From Promethearchaeota archaeon (lineage in GTDB: Archaea; Asgardarchaeota; Lokiarchaeia; Sigyniarchaeales; SOKP01): a stretch of DNA of 64,000 nt. The DNA lies in contig JAUVNS010000001.1 of NCBI GenBank assembly GCA_030599585.1, forward strand, positions 224,001-288,000. The letters are read 5' to 3'. The translations under genes were made by a program, and so were the position numbers. Positions 20,901 to 31,188 of this stretch are shown here, piece after piece. Each line of letters opens with the position of its first letter. Within the stretch, counting starts at the first letter, position 1. The notes beneath the pieces were generated by a model. It saw only the letters and a program-made list of their open reading frames with translations, was not told the origin of the DNA and ran no database searches.

Positions 20901-20951
20901 GTTACATTAAACTCTATTTGTTTTCACTTATGGAGCCTAAAATCGCCGTGA

Positions 20952-20967
20952 ATTTATAAAGAAAAAA
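20952..20967 (-). promoter_or_regulatory. Pyrimidine-BRE/TATA element
   Basis: TTTTTTCTTTATAAAT upstream of the ATPase operon; could double as a terminator. Confidence 0.6.
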
Positions 20968-20969
20968 AA

Positions 20970-22781
20970 TTAGGAGTCATCTAAAAACGATGAATATTTG
21001 CTGTTGTATTTTGTTGTTAAATTACTAACGGATTCCCCTTTTGTTTGCTCAAGTTCAAACAAATTTTGGAATTCAGGCTCACTTCGTTTTTCTTCTACGT
21101 TGTGTTTTAATGTGTTTGCTTCACTTCGCTCAATTACTCCATACTTAGCATCTTTACTTAGACATTCGTACCCGAATTGAGTCAATAACTCGTCTGTGAG
21201 TTCTTCCTTAAAATCTAAAAAATCTATCTCGCTAAATTCCAATTTTTGTAAGTAGTAAGGTGTTTTGAATTGAGTAGCTAATCGCTTTTTAGTCCGGTAA
21301 AAATTGTAATAGAAAAAAGTTAATAAAGAGATGTAAATCCCTACAACAGCAAACCCGATGGTGTTAAGCAGTCGCAATAGGAAAAAAAGCTCTGCGAAAT
21401 AAATAACTAAAAGCGCCACTGAGTATCCGAAGATTGGAATTGAAGTATATCGAACTCTTGTACGAAGCGTCTCCTCCGCTAGTCTTAACCCTTTAACTGA
21501 GCTTGTCTTTTTCGTTCTCTTCTCGATCATCCGATATTTTTTTTCCAAGAACCTGACCAAAGGAGCTAATTCGGCTCTGGTAACGGCGTGAAGATTAGTG
21601 CTTTTTTGGTATGGGAAGGTGAGCGTTTTTTCCATGCTTCTGGGAGGGTTATAGCATAACAAGATAGGTTCGATAAACACCTTGTATTGAGTAGTTCCCG
21701 AAAGAAATATCACACTTTTGTTTCCGAACCCTTTTTCTAAGGAAAGGCTAATTTGTAAATATTTTTGGAAAAATGTGAGAATACCTTGGTTAGTTGCTAT
21801 ATCTTTATACATCGAATCTCTGACTTGCAATAAACTTTTAGCAATTTGCTCTATATCGCAATAAGCTCCAAGATCAGTTTTGCTCGAATGCGACTTTAAT
21901 TCTATCTTACTCTCGTCAACTAACACCGTTCCTTCATGATCGAACCGTTTCACAGGAAACAGGAACAGAATTCTAAGGTCGTCCGAAGCTTTCACTAACT
22001 TACACCCGAGGTAATCAAGGCCAGTAGTAAATTGTTTTAACGATTCTAACGAGCTAGGGATTTCGTAGCACCCAGCATCCTTAAAAGAGTCGGCAATTTG
22101 TTGGTGTACGATACTCTCGAAAGTTCTATCTCTAGGATATTCGAAATTGATATTCGTTGGTTCTGCTGGAGTAGAATCAAAGTTTTCTTCTTCTATTGTG
22201 TTTTTTTGTTCAAGTTGCTCCCGTTCTATTTGAATTTCAGGAATAATTTCTTGTGAAGATTCTTCTTCTTCCTCCTCAACAGTATTGCTAGAGTTATTAA
22301 CCCTTTTTGATATTGGGGTGTATGACGCTGTCAATCTCGAATAATTGTATTTATCGGATAACCATTTTGGATCAGTTTGCGACTGGTCGAACTCTTCTTC
22401 CCCTTCTGTTTTGGGTTCTTCACTGGTTTCTTGGGCCTCATCTACGATTACTTGTTCAACTTCGTATTGTTTGATAGGGATTGGTGTAAATTCAACCTTT
22501 GTTTCCCTTTGAATTTGAGTAGATTCGCTTACAAAATCTTCTTTTTGAGAACTTTCCAAATGATTTTTAGCTGCCGTAATAAATTTCGTAGCAGTCACTA
22601 ACCCAATTCCAGGAGTTTCTGAAAGCTTTTCTGGTGTCATCTCAGCGATCTGTCTAACTGATACGATTTTTGCGTTGTATAATTTTTCTGCTGTGGTAGA
22701 GCCAATCCCTTTAATCTCGGTTAGATTATCACGGGAAAGCTCGCTAATTTTTTGTTCTTGGGTTCCATATACATCTGTCAT
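20970..22781 (-). CDS. Helix-hairpin-helix DNA-binding protein with C-terminal TM hairpin
   Basis: LTEIKGIGSTTAEKL and TPGIGLVTATK tandem HhH, acidic linker, globular domain, 2 TM. Confidence 0.8.
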   Translation of the reverse strand: MTDVYGTQEQKISELSRDNLTEIKGIGSTTAEKLYNAKIVSVRQIAEMTPEKLSETPGIGLVTATKFITAAKNHLESSQKEDFVSESTQIQRETKVEFTPIPIKQYEVEQVIVDEAQETSEEPKTEGEEEFDQSQTDPKWLSDKYNYSRLTASYTPISKRVNNSSNTVEEEEEESSQEIIPEIQIEREQLEQKNTIEEENFDSTPAEPTNINFEYPRDRTFESIVHQQIADSFKDAGCYEIPSSLESLKQFTTGLDYLGCKLVKASDDLRILFLFPVKRFDHEGTVLVDESKIELKSHSSKTDLGAYCDIEQIAKSLLQVRDSMYKDIATNQGILTFFQKYLQISLSLEKGFGNKSVIFLSGTTQYKVFIEPILLCYNPPRSMEKTLTFPYQKSTNLHAVTRAELAPLVRFLEKKYRMIEKRTKKTSSVKGLRLAEETLRTRVRYTSIPIFGYSVALLVIYFAELFFLLRLLNTIGFAVVGIYISLLTFFYYNFYRTKKRLATQFKTPYYLQKLEFSEIDFLDFKEELTDELLTQFGYECLSKDAKYGVIERSEANTLKHNVEEKRSEPEFQNLFELEQTKGESVSNLTTKYNSKYSSFLDDS

Positions 22782-22809
22782 GAGAATCTATTCTTATGAA
22801 AAGTCGTCT

Positions 22810-22825
22810 GTATTTAAAGAAAAAA
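22810..22825 (-). promoter_or_regulatory. Pyrimidine-BRE/TATA element
   Basis: TTTTTTCTTTAAATAC about 28 nt before ATG 22781; divergent region. Confidence 0.7.
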
Positions 22826-22950
22826 TCGCTTCTCATTTCATAAATGCTTTCAAATAAGCCAATCGAATGTGAAATTATCTTTATTTCTATTGATGAAGGT
22901 AGTGAACTATTGAATTATTTTGTCTTTGTGTTAGATTTATTTTCTTTTTG

Positions 22951-22966
22951 TTTTTTCCTTTAAATT
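22951..22966 (+). promoter_or_regulatory. Pyrimidine-BRE/TATA element
   Basis: TTTTTTCCTTTAAATT upstream of the helicase; divergent region. Confidence 0.55.
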
Positions 22967-23035
22967 TGCTCTATTTCAAATGCTATTACAACAATGTGAT
23001 TACAATAATAACTTTTTTAAAAACAATCGCAAACT

Positions 23036-25570
23036 ATGTCCCTTACTAACTACACCAACTCAAAGAAATCGCAAGTCGAAGAAGGAATTGAGGAGGAAAT
23101 ATTTGAGTACGTTCAAGACGAACGCATCCTTCGAGTATTGTTCGAGCAAAAGATATTCAAACTTCGGCAAATTCAGAGAGAGGCGATCCAAAAGGGATTA
23201 TTCTTTCGAAAGTCGTTCCTAGTATGTGCGCCTTCGGGGAGCGGTAAAACTCTAGTAGGAGAAATTAGTGCCGTAAACAACGTGTTTCAAAAGTTCGGTA
23301 AGTCAATATATTTAGTTCCCTATAAAGCTCTTGCCACCGAAAAATACATCCATTTCAAAAAGAGTTACGAGCGGTTTGGAATTACAACCGAGCTGTCAAT
23401 AGGAGATTACGACGTAGACGATTCCCGATTAGCTAAAGCAAATATTATTGTAACCACTTACGAGAAAATGGATTCAATTTTGCGAAATTTTAGCGAAAAA
23501 GAATGGATTTTCGATATTTCGACTATTATCATTGACGAAATTCACATTTTAGGAGAATCAAGCGGTTCTCGAGGTCCAAGGTTAGAGTCTCTAATAGTTC
23601 GGTTAAACGAGTTCTTACACCAACCGCAACTAATCGGACTTTCAGCTACCATAAAAAATCCTGAATTCTTTAATGACTGGCTTTCTTCACTCGGAAACAA
23701 TAACACGCTAATTTTTTCCGATACCAGGCCTGTTCCTTTACATTATAGAATAGAAATTACTCAAAATAAAAATTCCACTATTAAGAAAATAATGAGGACG
23801 ACTTTAAATGATAGAGGGCAGGTTTTAGTATTCCTAAATCGAAGGAAAGCCACTCAACAAACCGCACAGAACCTTAAAAATTTAGTGAAAACGCAACTAA
23901 CTGAAAACGAGTTAAAAGCGTGTAAAAAGGTAGAAGAGAAGCTCAACAAAATAAAAGGAAGAAACACTGAGTTAAAGAAAGCAGTTAAATGTGGAGTAGC
24001 GTTTCATCACGCTGGACTGCTCCCAAAAGAACGTAAACTTGTAGAAGACGCCTATCGAAAACATATAATCAAGGTAATATGTTGTACTACTACCTTAAGT
24101 GCCGGTGTTAATGTCCCCGCTCGAGTAGTCATCGTAAAAGATTTCAAACGATATGTGACTTCAGGCCACAACATTAAAAACTTTTCTGGATACTATGAGA
24201 ACGGAGACGGATTTTCATACTTTATGCCGTTTTCTGCCAATTCCGTTTTTCAAATGCTCGGTCGAGCAGGAAGACCGGGGCTTGATTCAGAAGGTTTTGG
24301 CTATATACTTGCTAGTAATGTCGATGAACGGGATTGGATCGAAGATCATTACTTCCAGAACGCCGTTCCAGTAGGAGTTTATATTCCTAAATACAATAAT
24401 TTAACTTCTGGACTCAATAAACTTAACACTTTGAAAGAGCAAGTGCTTTTGCGGATTTACGAGGAGAAAAATATCACCTTAGAAAAATTAAAAGAATTCT
24501 TCCAAAAAACTTATTTTTGGTACGGTATCAAACAAAACAAAACAAAAAATCGACAGATTCCCATTGATCAGCTTTTGATGATTAAAGAAATTACCCCTAT
24601 TAACATCTTGAAACTGCACTCCGACCCGAAAAAAGTAGAAAGGTTATCGAATAATCACCACCAGATTAAAATAACAAAGTTGACGAAGTCAAATGTATCG
24701 GGCTACATAAAAACGGATTTTGGAGTATTCTTTGCGGAATTCGATATCGATGTTGGGATACGATGCTCGTGTGGGTTTGAAAACGGGATATCTAACAATT
24801 ACTCAGACGATCAATTCTCTTTCGAATTTTGTGACCACATCACTGCACTTTTACTACACCTAATCGGGATTCCCGACCAGAACTTCCAAAAATATGTCCA
24901 GGACATAGTTCCTAAATCGGTAAAAAATCAATATGTTCTCAATTACTTGTTCGAAAAAGGGTTAATCATTAAACGGGACGATAACACCATAAAATGCTCG
25001 CAGTTCGGAAAACTCATTATCCGATTGTATCTATACCCCGTTTCAGGAGTCTTAATACGATATAAACTCGAAAATGCTTCGATTGAGACCTATCAAGATG
25101 TCGTAAAAGAAGCCTACGAGGTGCTCAAAGCGGAATTAAAAGTACGAAACTACAAAATGCTTCAACCCCTCTTGGAGTGGTGCGACGAAGAGTCAATTGA
25201 CGACATTTTGGAGAGACACAAGATAATGGCAGGCGATCTTTATACCACTAAGGACAACTTAGAACGAATTATTACTTTTATTGGGATTATCGCAGTTCAT
25301 TTAAGCGAGTCTGATCCAGACATAGCTGAGGCTATGGTTAAAGTAGCTGAAATGTCCGAAACGCTTAAAATTCGAGTGCATTACGGAATTAGCGAAGAAT
25401 TATTTGATTTGGTCTTAAGATTAGACAATGTGGCAAGAGCGAGAGCGAGGATATTGTATAACGCAGGATATCATACTGCTACTAAGGTAAAAAAAGAAAA
25501 TCCTTATGTACTTAATCGAAAAACGGGATTAGGGATAAAACTCTGCAAAAAGATTGTTGGGAAGAATTAA
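23036..25570 (+). CDS. Ski2/Hel308-like SF2 DNA helicase with SWIM Zn-finger insert
   Basis: APSGSGKT, IIDEIH, GLSAT, FHHAGL, QMLGRAGRPG; CSC...CDH insert; C-terminal HhH-like region. Confidence 0.92.
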   Translation: MSLTNYTNSKKSQVEEGIEEEIFEYVQDERILRVLFEQKIFKLRQIQREAIQKGLFFRKSFLVCAPSGSGKTLVGEISAVNNVFQKFGKSIYLVPYKALATEKYIHFKKSYERFGITTELSIGDYDVDDSRLAKANIIVTTYEKMDSILRNFSEKEWIFDISTIIIDEIHILGESSGSRGPRLESLIVRLNEFLHQPQLIGLSATIKNPEFFNDWLSSLGNNNTLIFSDTRPVPLHYRIEITQNKNSTIKKIMRTTLNDRGQVLVFLNRRKATQQTAQNLKNLVKTQLTENELKACKKVEEKLNKIKGRNTELKKAVKCGVAFHHAGLLPKERKLVEDAYRKHIIKVICCTTTLSAGVNVPARVVIVKDFKRYVTSGHNIKNFSGYYENGDGFSYFMPFSANSVFQMLGRAGRPGLDSEGFGYILASNVDERDWIEDHYFQNAVPVGVYIPKYNNLTSGLNKLNTLKEQVLLRIYEEKNITLEKLKEFFQKTYFWYGIKQNKTKNRQIPIDQLLMIKEITPINILKLHSDPKKVERLSNNHHQIKITKLTKSNVSGYIKTDFGVFFAEFDIDVGIRCSCGFENGISNNYSDDQFSFEFCDHITALLLHLIGIPDQNFQKYVQDIVPKSVKNQYVLNYLFEKGLIIKRDDNTIKCSQFGKLIIRLYLYPVSGVLIRYKLENASIETYQDVVKEAYEVLKAELKVRNYKMLQPLLEWCDEESIDDILERHKIMAGDLYTTKDNLERIITFIGIIAVHLSESDPDIAEAMVKVAEMSETLKIRVHYGISEELFDLVLRLDNVARARARILYNAGYHTATKVKKENPYVLNRKTGLGIKLCKKIVGKN

Positions 25571-25592
25571 CCCTCAGTAAAGAAATATTAAG

Positions 25593-26693
25593 TCATTTTT
25601 TATTACCAGCAATATAGAGATTACAACACCCAATATTACATATTGGCATAAATTTATTTTTTTCCATATAAGCTCGAAATTTAGTATACTTTTCTCCATA
25701 CCAAATTTCATCAAAGCTATTTTCCTTAAGATTGCCTAAAACAAAATCGTGATATATATGACAAGGGGCAACATCTCCAGAGGCAGTGATTTCAGTCCCG
25801 ATCCATGGAATTGAACATCCATCATATAGATCAGTCATGTTTTGCCAATCTGCTTTCAAATATGCAGAAAGATTTTCAGGGGAATAGGTAGGGGGTTGTA
25901 AAAAATTGGTAATATTGCGTTTTTTTAACTCCTCACATACTTTATTTACCTGATCAGAAACAACAGGCACATCTATATCTTTAAAATTATCAGTATTTCG
26001 AACAAAACCATTCCATTTATTTTCACTATAGATTTCAAACTCTGTATTAAGGAAATTCTCAAATTTCAGTCCCATTTCTTCAGTGATAAAATTCTGCATT
26101 TCAATTTCAACATGATTAAGAGATTCGAGATTCAAATCGGGATTATTTAGAAAAAAATCTTCCATTGATTGATAGTTATTTTTAGTTATAGTGAACAATA
26201 TCGCAATACGGGGTGTTTTGCTTCCTAATTTCTGCTTTTCTTCATGGAGTTCATTGATTCCGTTTATGGCTCTTTCATAACTACCTTTACCCCGCTGATA
26301 ATCGTTAATATCCTTGGTTCCATCGAGAGATACGCGAACTTGGTCAAATCCTGTCCGAACGAGCATCTGCGCTTGATCAGCCAGAAAAGTGCCATTTGTA
26401 GGAGTGTCTACAACTGCCTTAGCAGCCTTTATTTCAAGAATTAGTTCTTCCAAATCGGGATAATTAAGTGGCTCTCCTCCAAATAAAGAATACCATGGTT
26501 TTGGTCTTGAAGTAGCTAATTCTTTAATTAATCCTTTAAGTATGTCAATATCAAGTACTTTTGGTTTATTTCCATGTTTAATATACGCACCGGATTCTCC
26601 CCAGAAATAACACATTTTACATCGAAGATTACACGCTTCTGTTATGTGCAATATAACGCTTTTTGGGTATCTTAATTTTTTTACAGGACACAT
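25593..26693 (-). CDS. Radical SAM protein with SPASM/twitch domain
   Basis: CNLRCKMC, GGEPL, TNG, VSLDG, C..PW...GDVAPC...GNL...C...CC. Confidence 0.92.
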   Translation of the reverse strand: MCPVKKLRYPKSVILHITEACNLRCKMCYFWGESGAYIKHGNKPKVLDIDILKGLIKELATSRPKPWYSLFGGEPLNYPDLEELILEIKAAKAVVDTPTNGTFLADQAQMLVRTGFDQVRVSLDGTKDINDYQRGKGSYERAINGINELHEEKQKLGSKTPRIAILFTITKNNYQSMEDFFLNNPDLNLESLNHVEIEMQNFITEEMGLKFENFLNTEFEIYSENKWNGFVRNTDNFKDIDVPVVSDQVNKVCEELKKRNITNFLQPPTYSPENLSAYLKADWQNMTDLYDGCSIPWIGTEITASGDVAPCHIYHDFVLGNLKENSFDEIWYGEKYTKFRAYMEKNKFMPICNIGCCNLYIAGNKK

Positions 26694-26740
26694 TTTTAAG
26701 ACTTCATCCTCATAATTTATAGCTTAATCTAAGATATGAG

Positions 26741-26758
26741 GATTTTTAACATTTTTGG
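26741..26758 (-). promoter_or_regulatory. Purine-BRE/TATA-like promoter (CAAAAATGTTAAA class)
   Basis: CCAAAAATGTTAAAAATC; same core at 44081-44099 and 63619-63635. Confidence 0.5.
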
Positions 26759-26799
26759 CTAATTCTTGATTTTTCGCTATAGTTCTATCAAGGGCAAAA

Positions 26800-26815
26800 T
26801 TTTTCCTTTTTAACA
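26800..26815 (+). promoter_or_regulatory. Pyrimidine-BRE/TATA element
   Basis: TTTTTCCTTTTTAACA about 23 nt before ATG 26839; divergent region. Confidence 0.55.
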
Positions 26816-26838
26816 GTTCGTGTGTTACTATCTTTATA

Positions 26839-27120
26839 ATGGATTCTGATTCCGAAAACGATCCATTCGACCTGAACTTCTCAAAAAAAGTAAGGATTAA
26901 AGAATTCTTAGTCTTTATGGAATCTGAGGAAGATCAAGACTATTATGTAATTAAAAAGTTCGAAAATACAAAAGAACAAAACTTAGAAACTCTTGAGTTT
27001 ATTCAAAAAATCATAAAAAGCGACCCAGAGATAAACTCCGACCGGGTTAAGGGATATTTAAAGCGCCAACGCTTGTTCATAAAACTCTATTTAAAAGAAG
27101 TAAACAAAGATCAAGGTTAG
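26839..27120 (+). CDS. Small hypothetical protein
   Basis: 93 aa, promoter element at leaderless spacing. Confidence 0.6.
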   Translation: MDSDSENDPFDLNFSKKVRIKEFLVFMESEEDQDYYVIKKFENTKEQNLETLEFIQKIIKSDPEINSDRVKGYLKRQRLFIKLYLKEVNKDQG

Positions 27121-27170
27121 GGAATTTTTTTTTAAATACTCAAAAAACTTCAACATAATTACTTACAAAG

Positions 27171-27443
27171 GTGAGTGATGAGAGTATGGAAGTTTCTAAA
27201 AAAGAAAAACACGATCCAGTAGTTATAAGAATTATGGACTACGATAACCTCGAAGATGTGTTATCGAAAATTATTATCCCTTTCTCTGAAGTAATGAAGG
27301 ATTCACATGTTCCAGATGTATACACAGGATACGAGAAAATACCGTTTGAGAAGCGATATCCTCTCTATCAAATCATTATGAGACAAGAGTTTGCGGACGC
27401 GATGATAGTAATAAAAAACGGCATCTCAACAGAAGCTAAATAA
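27171..27443 (+). CDS. Small hypothetical protein, paralog of 38 and 27585
   Basis: KIIIPFSE...YTGYEKIPFEKRYPLYQ...EF. Confidence 0.7.
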   Translation: MSDESMEVSKKEKHDPVVIRIMDYDNLEDVLSKIIIPFSEVMKDSHVPDVYTGYEKIPFEKRYPLYQIIMRQEFADAMIVIKNGISTEAK

Positions 27444-27584
27444 TAAGTTATTAAAAAAATAATAATTAAGATTTTAGCTTATTGTTTAAACCTGAGAAAA
27501 ACTTCAATTTTATACCAATTGACTTTTTATTTGAATATTTAGGATTTAATTATAAAGATATAGTTTTATAAAAAGGTTTTAATC

Positions 27585-27797
27585 ATGAGTTCTCAAACAG
27601 TAGAAAAAAAGGGACCAATTTTTCCTATTTACGATACATATATAGAAGATTCCATTAATTTTGATGATATCATAATTCCGTTTTCAGATTTTGTAATTTC
27701 AAAAAATCTTTCATATACTTATAATGGAGACGAAGATATCAACTTTAAAGAAAGACACCCTGTATATCAAAAACTTTTTTTAGATGAGTTTCTGTAG
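27585..27797 (+). CDS. Small hypothetical protein, paralog of 38 and 27171
   Basis: DIIIPFSD...YNGDEDINFKERHPVYQ...EF. Confidence 0.7.
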   Translation: MSSQTVEKKGPIFPIYDTYIEDSINFDDIIIPFSDFVISKNLSYTYNGDEDINFKERHPVYQKLFLDEFL

Positions 27798-27810
27798 AGT
27801 TTTCTGAAAC

Positions 27811-28323
27811 TTATCGTGAATAGTAGTAGTAGTCATCTTTCTTGATCACCATCCCACTTTTTTTAGCGTTTCTAATTAGGGTTTTTAATTCTATCGCAGG
27901 AATTCCATAATCTTCAGACATGATTTCGAGCATATACTTCGGAAACCGCTTGTAAAGTTTTGAAAGCTCAAACAACATCTCGGTAAACTTTTGCTTGTAA
28001 TCATTTTCTTGATTTTTGTTTTTCAAATCGTTTTTCCTGATTTTAGGTCTAACAACACTATGAGTAGCAACAACAAAATCGTTTCTCGAACGAAATTCCG
28101 GCGTTGCTAACTCGTTCTGTTTTCTTTTTACGGTATTCAAAGCTTCCGTCATGCCAGATACTACTTCACCTTTTTTCAATATATCTTGCACTTGGTGTTT
28201 TCTACCACATCTCAGACACTTTTTGGTCTTTTGAACGGTTTTTACATAGAAAAATCCCCCACACTTTTTGCATGCGAAGATTAGATATGGAGTTTCGTCT
28301 CTTTTAATCGTTAAATCTTCCAT
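27811..28323 (-). CDS. DUF1922-like zinc-ribbon protein with wHTH-like C-terminus
   Basis: YLIFACKKCG...KTKKCLRCGR. Confidence 0.7.
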   Translation of the reverse strand: MEDLTIKRDETPYLIFACKKCGGFFYVKTVQKTKKCLRCGRKHQVQDILKKGEVVSGMTEALNTVKRKQNELATPEFRSRNDFVVATHSVVRPKIRKNDLKNKNQENDYKQKFTEMLFELSKLYKRFPKYMLEIMSEDYGIPAIELKTLIRNAKKSGMVIKKDDYYYYSR

Positions 28324-28326
28324 TGA

Positions 28327-30579
28327 TTACAAAACACCTTCGTTTTTTACGTGTAGATAAATATTTTTTAGAATAAAATATAATTCTTCCGAAAGATCGA
28401 TGTTAATAGCTTGGAGTTTATTGTCATCACCCCAATCGGAGAACTTTTTCTTGAGTAACTTCTCTTCGTTGTCAAATTCTTGTTTAAAGTCTACAAAGTC
28501 GAAAACTGAGACGATAAGGTTATATTTTTTACTTAACAGAATATATTTTTTAAGAAGAGTATCTCCGTCAAATCCTCGAGGATCAATTATTTGGACCAAA
28601 ACTTTATCGAACAGGGTTAAATCAAGGATTGACTTTACGATTTCAAACGAAAACCCATCTTTATGAAATTTTTTCCTCAAACCAAATTTAACAGGGAAGG
28701 ATACGTTTATTTTGATGTCAGATTTAATTTTTTTTGGTTTGGGAGCGATCGATTTGCCCTGGGAAAAAGCGCTTAAACTCGATTGAATTTCTCTTTTATT
28801 ACGTACTTTGCTAATTTTTTTATTATTGTCAATGTTAACTTTTTTCTCGGAGGTAATTATTTTTTCCAACGGCCTCTCAATATATGAGAACTTAGGTTCA
28901 TTTTTTTCTACTTGAATATTTTTAAGTTCTTTAATTCTCGGTATATTTTGAGGCATCTTATTGGAATAGACTGTGTGTAGCTGTTTTTCGCCTTTCAAGT
29001 TCACATTCATCTTCTTGAGTTTAGTTAGGGCGATATGCATATATATTTCGTCGTGAGTGCCTTTACAATAAAGGATAATTACTTTTCCTTCGCGATGGCG
29101 AGCAGTCCTCCCTTTTCTCTGAATAAACCGAATTTCAGAAGCTACTACGTCGTAAAACACCACAAGATCGCACTCAGCGATATCCAACCCCTCCTCTCCT
29201 ACATTGGTGCTAACTAAAACATTGTATTGACCTCGTTTAAACTGCTCTAAAATCTCTAACTGTTGCTTCTGCGACATCCCCTTATCGTCTTGAGATTTTG
29301 TAGATTGACCCACAAATCGAGATGGTTTAATAGCGTTATTTTCGCTTGCTTTTAACTTGTGTACGATATTTTTAACTGAGTCGCGCAACTTTACGAACAC
29401 CAGTACACGAGAGCCAGGATTGTTTTCAAATTCTTGAATCAACAATGATTCGAGCGTGTAATATTTGGGATGGATGAGCTTTTGAGGAGAAAAATCTTCG
29501 TTCTTTTTCAGTTCAATAAATATTTGGTTTAGTCTGTGATCTCTGGCCAGAACTTTTAAGGCTTTAGAACTGGTTTTCTTGCGAGCCTTGGCTTTCATTT
29601 TGGTTAGGTAGATCAAAAGTACATCTAAACCTTGCTGTTCAATTAATTCAAGCATATGAAACAAAATTAACCCTTGAGCGTTTATGGAAAGCGCACTGTA
29701 GACCCCTGTTTTGTCTCCGTCGCTATTGACTAATCTAGTTAGTTCTCCGTTTAACTTTAATAAATCTTTTCGAATAATTTTAGTATGCAATTTTTCTGAC
29801 TTTGAATTTAGGAAGTTTAGCTGAGAAAGATATTGTAAGCGCACCTCCAAAAGAATTTGAACCGCATAGTATGCGTCGGCCATAAGTTCGGTTAAATTAA
29901 CGCCTATCTTATGTACATCCATTGGTTTTAGGTAATTTTTCACGTCTTCGTCTTTTCGAGTGCGAGTATGGATGTTCTCTAACGGAACATATAAATTTTC
30001 ACAAAGAGTCCTAATTTTTTCTTTGGAAGCACCTGGACTGGCCGTCAAACCTAAGATTACCCCATCCGGATTTTGTTCTACAAACTTATCTGCGATTAAT
30101 GTATAAGCGTAATCTTTGCTGGCGTGATGGGCCTCATCAAATATTACTAGACACGTGTGTTCTAAGGAATATTTTAAGTTCACCAAATCATTTCTTAAGG
30201 TTTGAGGCGTGTAAAATATTATCTGGTGGGTTTCGAACAGCTCCACTCTACTATCTGCAGGAGTTTTTCCCGTCAACACAACGAACTCATTTTCCGGAAT
30301 AGACATTAAATTTACAAATGATTCGTAATGCTGATTTATCAACGGTCTTGTAGGCGCTAACACGATAATTTTACTTTTCTCTGGGAATTTTTCTAAGGTA
30401 AGCGCTGCCACGAAGACGCCAATAATAGTTTTTCCCAGACCTGTAGGGAGGACGACTAGCGAATTTTTTGAAGCACAAGCTCTAGCTATTTTTAATTGGT
30501 AATCTCTTTTCTCGATGGATTTTTCTTTCAAGTAAGCGTTATTAATCATCGTTCTACCTTCTCTCTCGCTTTCGATCAC
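28327..30579 (-). CDS. Hef/FANCM-like SF2 helicase with degenerate C-terminal nuclease region
   Basis: RDYQ, LPTGLGKT, IFDEAHHA, GLTASPG, RFVGQ, GEEGLDI, QRKGRTAR; PIP-like QSSLSAF; no ERKxxxD. Confidence 0.9.
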   Translation of the reverse strand: MIESEREGRTMINNAYLKEKSIEKRDYQLKIARACASKNSLVVLPTGLGKTIIGVFVAALTLEKFPEKSKIIVLAPTRPLINQHYESFVNLMSIPENEFVVLTGKTPADSRVELFETHQIIFYTPQTLRNDLVNLKYSLEHTCLVIFDEAHHASKDYAYTLIADKFVEQNPDGVILGLTASPGASKEKIRTLCENLYVPLENIHTRTRKDEDVKNYLKPMDVHKIGVNLTELMADAYYAVQILLEVRLQYLSQLNFLNSKSEKLHTKIIRKDLLKLNGELTRLVNSDGDKTGVYSALSINAQGLILFHMLELIEQQGLDVLLIYLTKMKAKARKKTSSKALKVLARDHRLNQIFIELKKNEDFSPQKLIHPKYYTLESLLIQEFENNPGSRVLVFVKLRDSVKNIVHKLKASENNAIKPSRFVGQSTKSQDDKGMSQKQQLEILEQFKRGQYNVLVSTNVGEEGLDIAECDLVVFYDVVASEIRFIQRKGRTARHREGKVIILYCKGTHDEIYMHIALTKLKKMNVNLKGEKQLHTVYSNKMPQNIPRIKELKNIQVEKNEPKFSYIERPLEKIITSEKKVNIDNNKKISKVRNKREIQSSLSAFSQGKSIAPKPKKIKSDIKINVSFPVKFGLRKKFHKDGFSFEIVKSILDLTLFDKVLVQIIDPRGFDGDTLLKKYILLSKKYNLIVSVFDFVDFKQEFDNEEKLLKKKFSDWGDDNKLQAINIDLSEELYFILKNIYLHVKNEGVL

Positions 30580-30592
30580 ATCTCAGTCCCCT

Positions 30593-31168
30593 TTATACTA
30601 TTTGGATGATAAAGTCCTCAATCTCTAATTTTGATATAGCCTTTTTGCTTCGGTGGTAAGACTGGATGATCATCCCAGCCTCAACTGCTAGTTTTGAAGG
30701 ATAGATCAGACCATTTCCTCTATGTTCGAAAAAAAAAGGATGGGAACGGTTAAAGTGCTTTACTTTCTTAGAAAGTTCTGTTGTGTTTCTATTAATGTTG
30801 AAGCCCTTCCCAATCTTTACGTGTTGGAAATAATATATAATATCGCTCAATAAGTTCACTTGGGTTCGGTTGATCTCTACTTCTTTCAGGTCAGATAAAT
30901 CGTGAATTGAAACTTCGGATTTTGGTTTTAGAATTAAATAGCATTTATCTTCTCTCCACTTCTTACACAAAACAAAACCGGAAATCACAGAATTGAAAAG
31001 GTTCTGAAACCGAAACACGAGTTCTAACACCTCTTCTAAATCTCGCCCGGACATATTGAGGAAGTTGGCCAACTTATCAAGACTAAAGAGACTGTTTTTC
31101 CGAGTTTGGAACTTTTCCAAAGCTGAAACGATTTGATGTAATTGTTTAATTTTAGTACCTTGTGTCAT
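30593..31168 (-). CDS. Hypothetical protein, possible N-terminal HTH
   Basis: FSLDKLANFLNMSGRDLEEVLELV; first gene of the Hef operon. Confidence 0.65.
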   Translation of the reverse strand: MTQGTKIKQLHQIVSALEKFQTRKNSLFSLDKLANFLNMSGRDLEEVLELVFRFQNLFNSVISGFVLCKKWREDKCYLILKPKSEVSIHDLSDLKEVEINRTQVNLLSDIIYYFQHVKIGKGFNINRNTTELSKKVKHFNRSHPFFFEHRGNGLIYPSKLAVEAGMIIQSYHRSKKAISKLEIEDFIIQIV

Positions 31169-31188
31169 TACAGCTTATATTTATCGTA

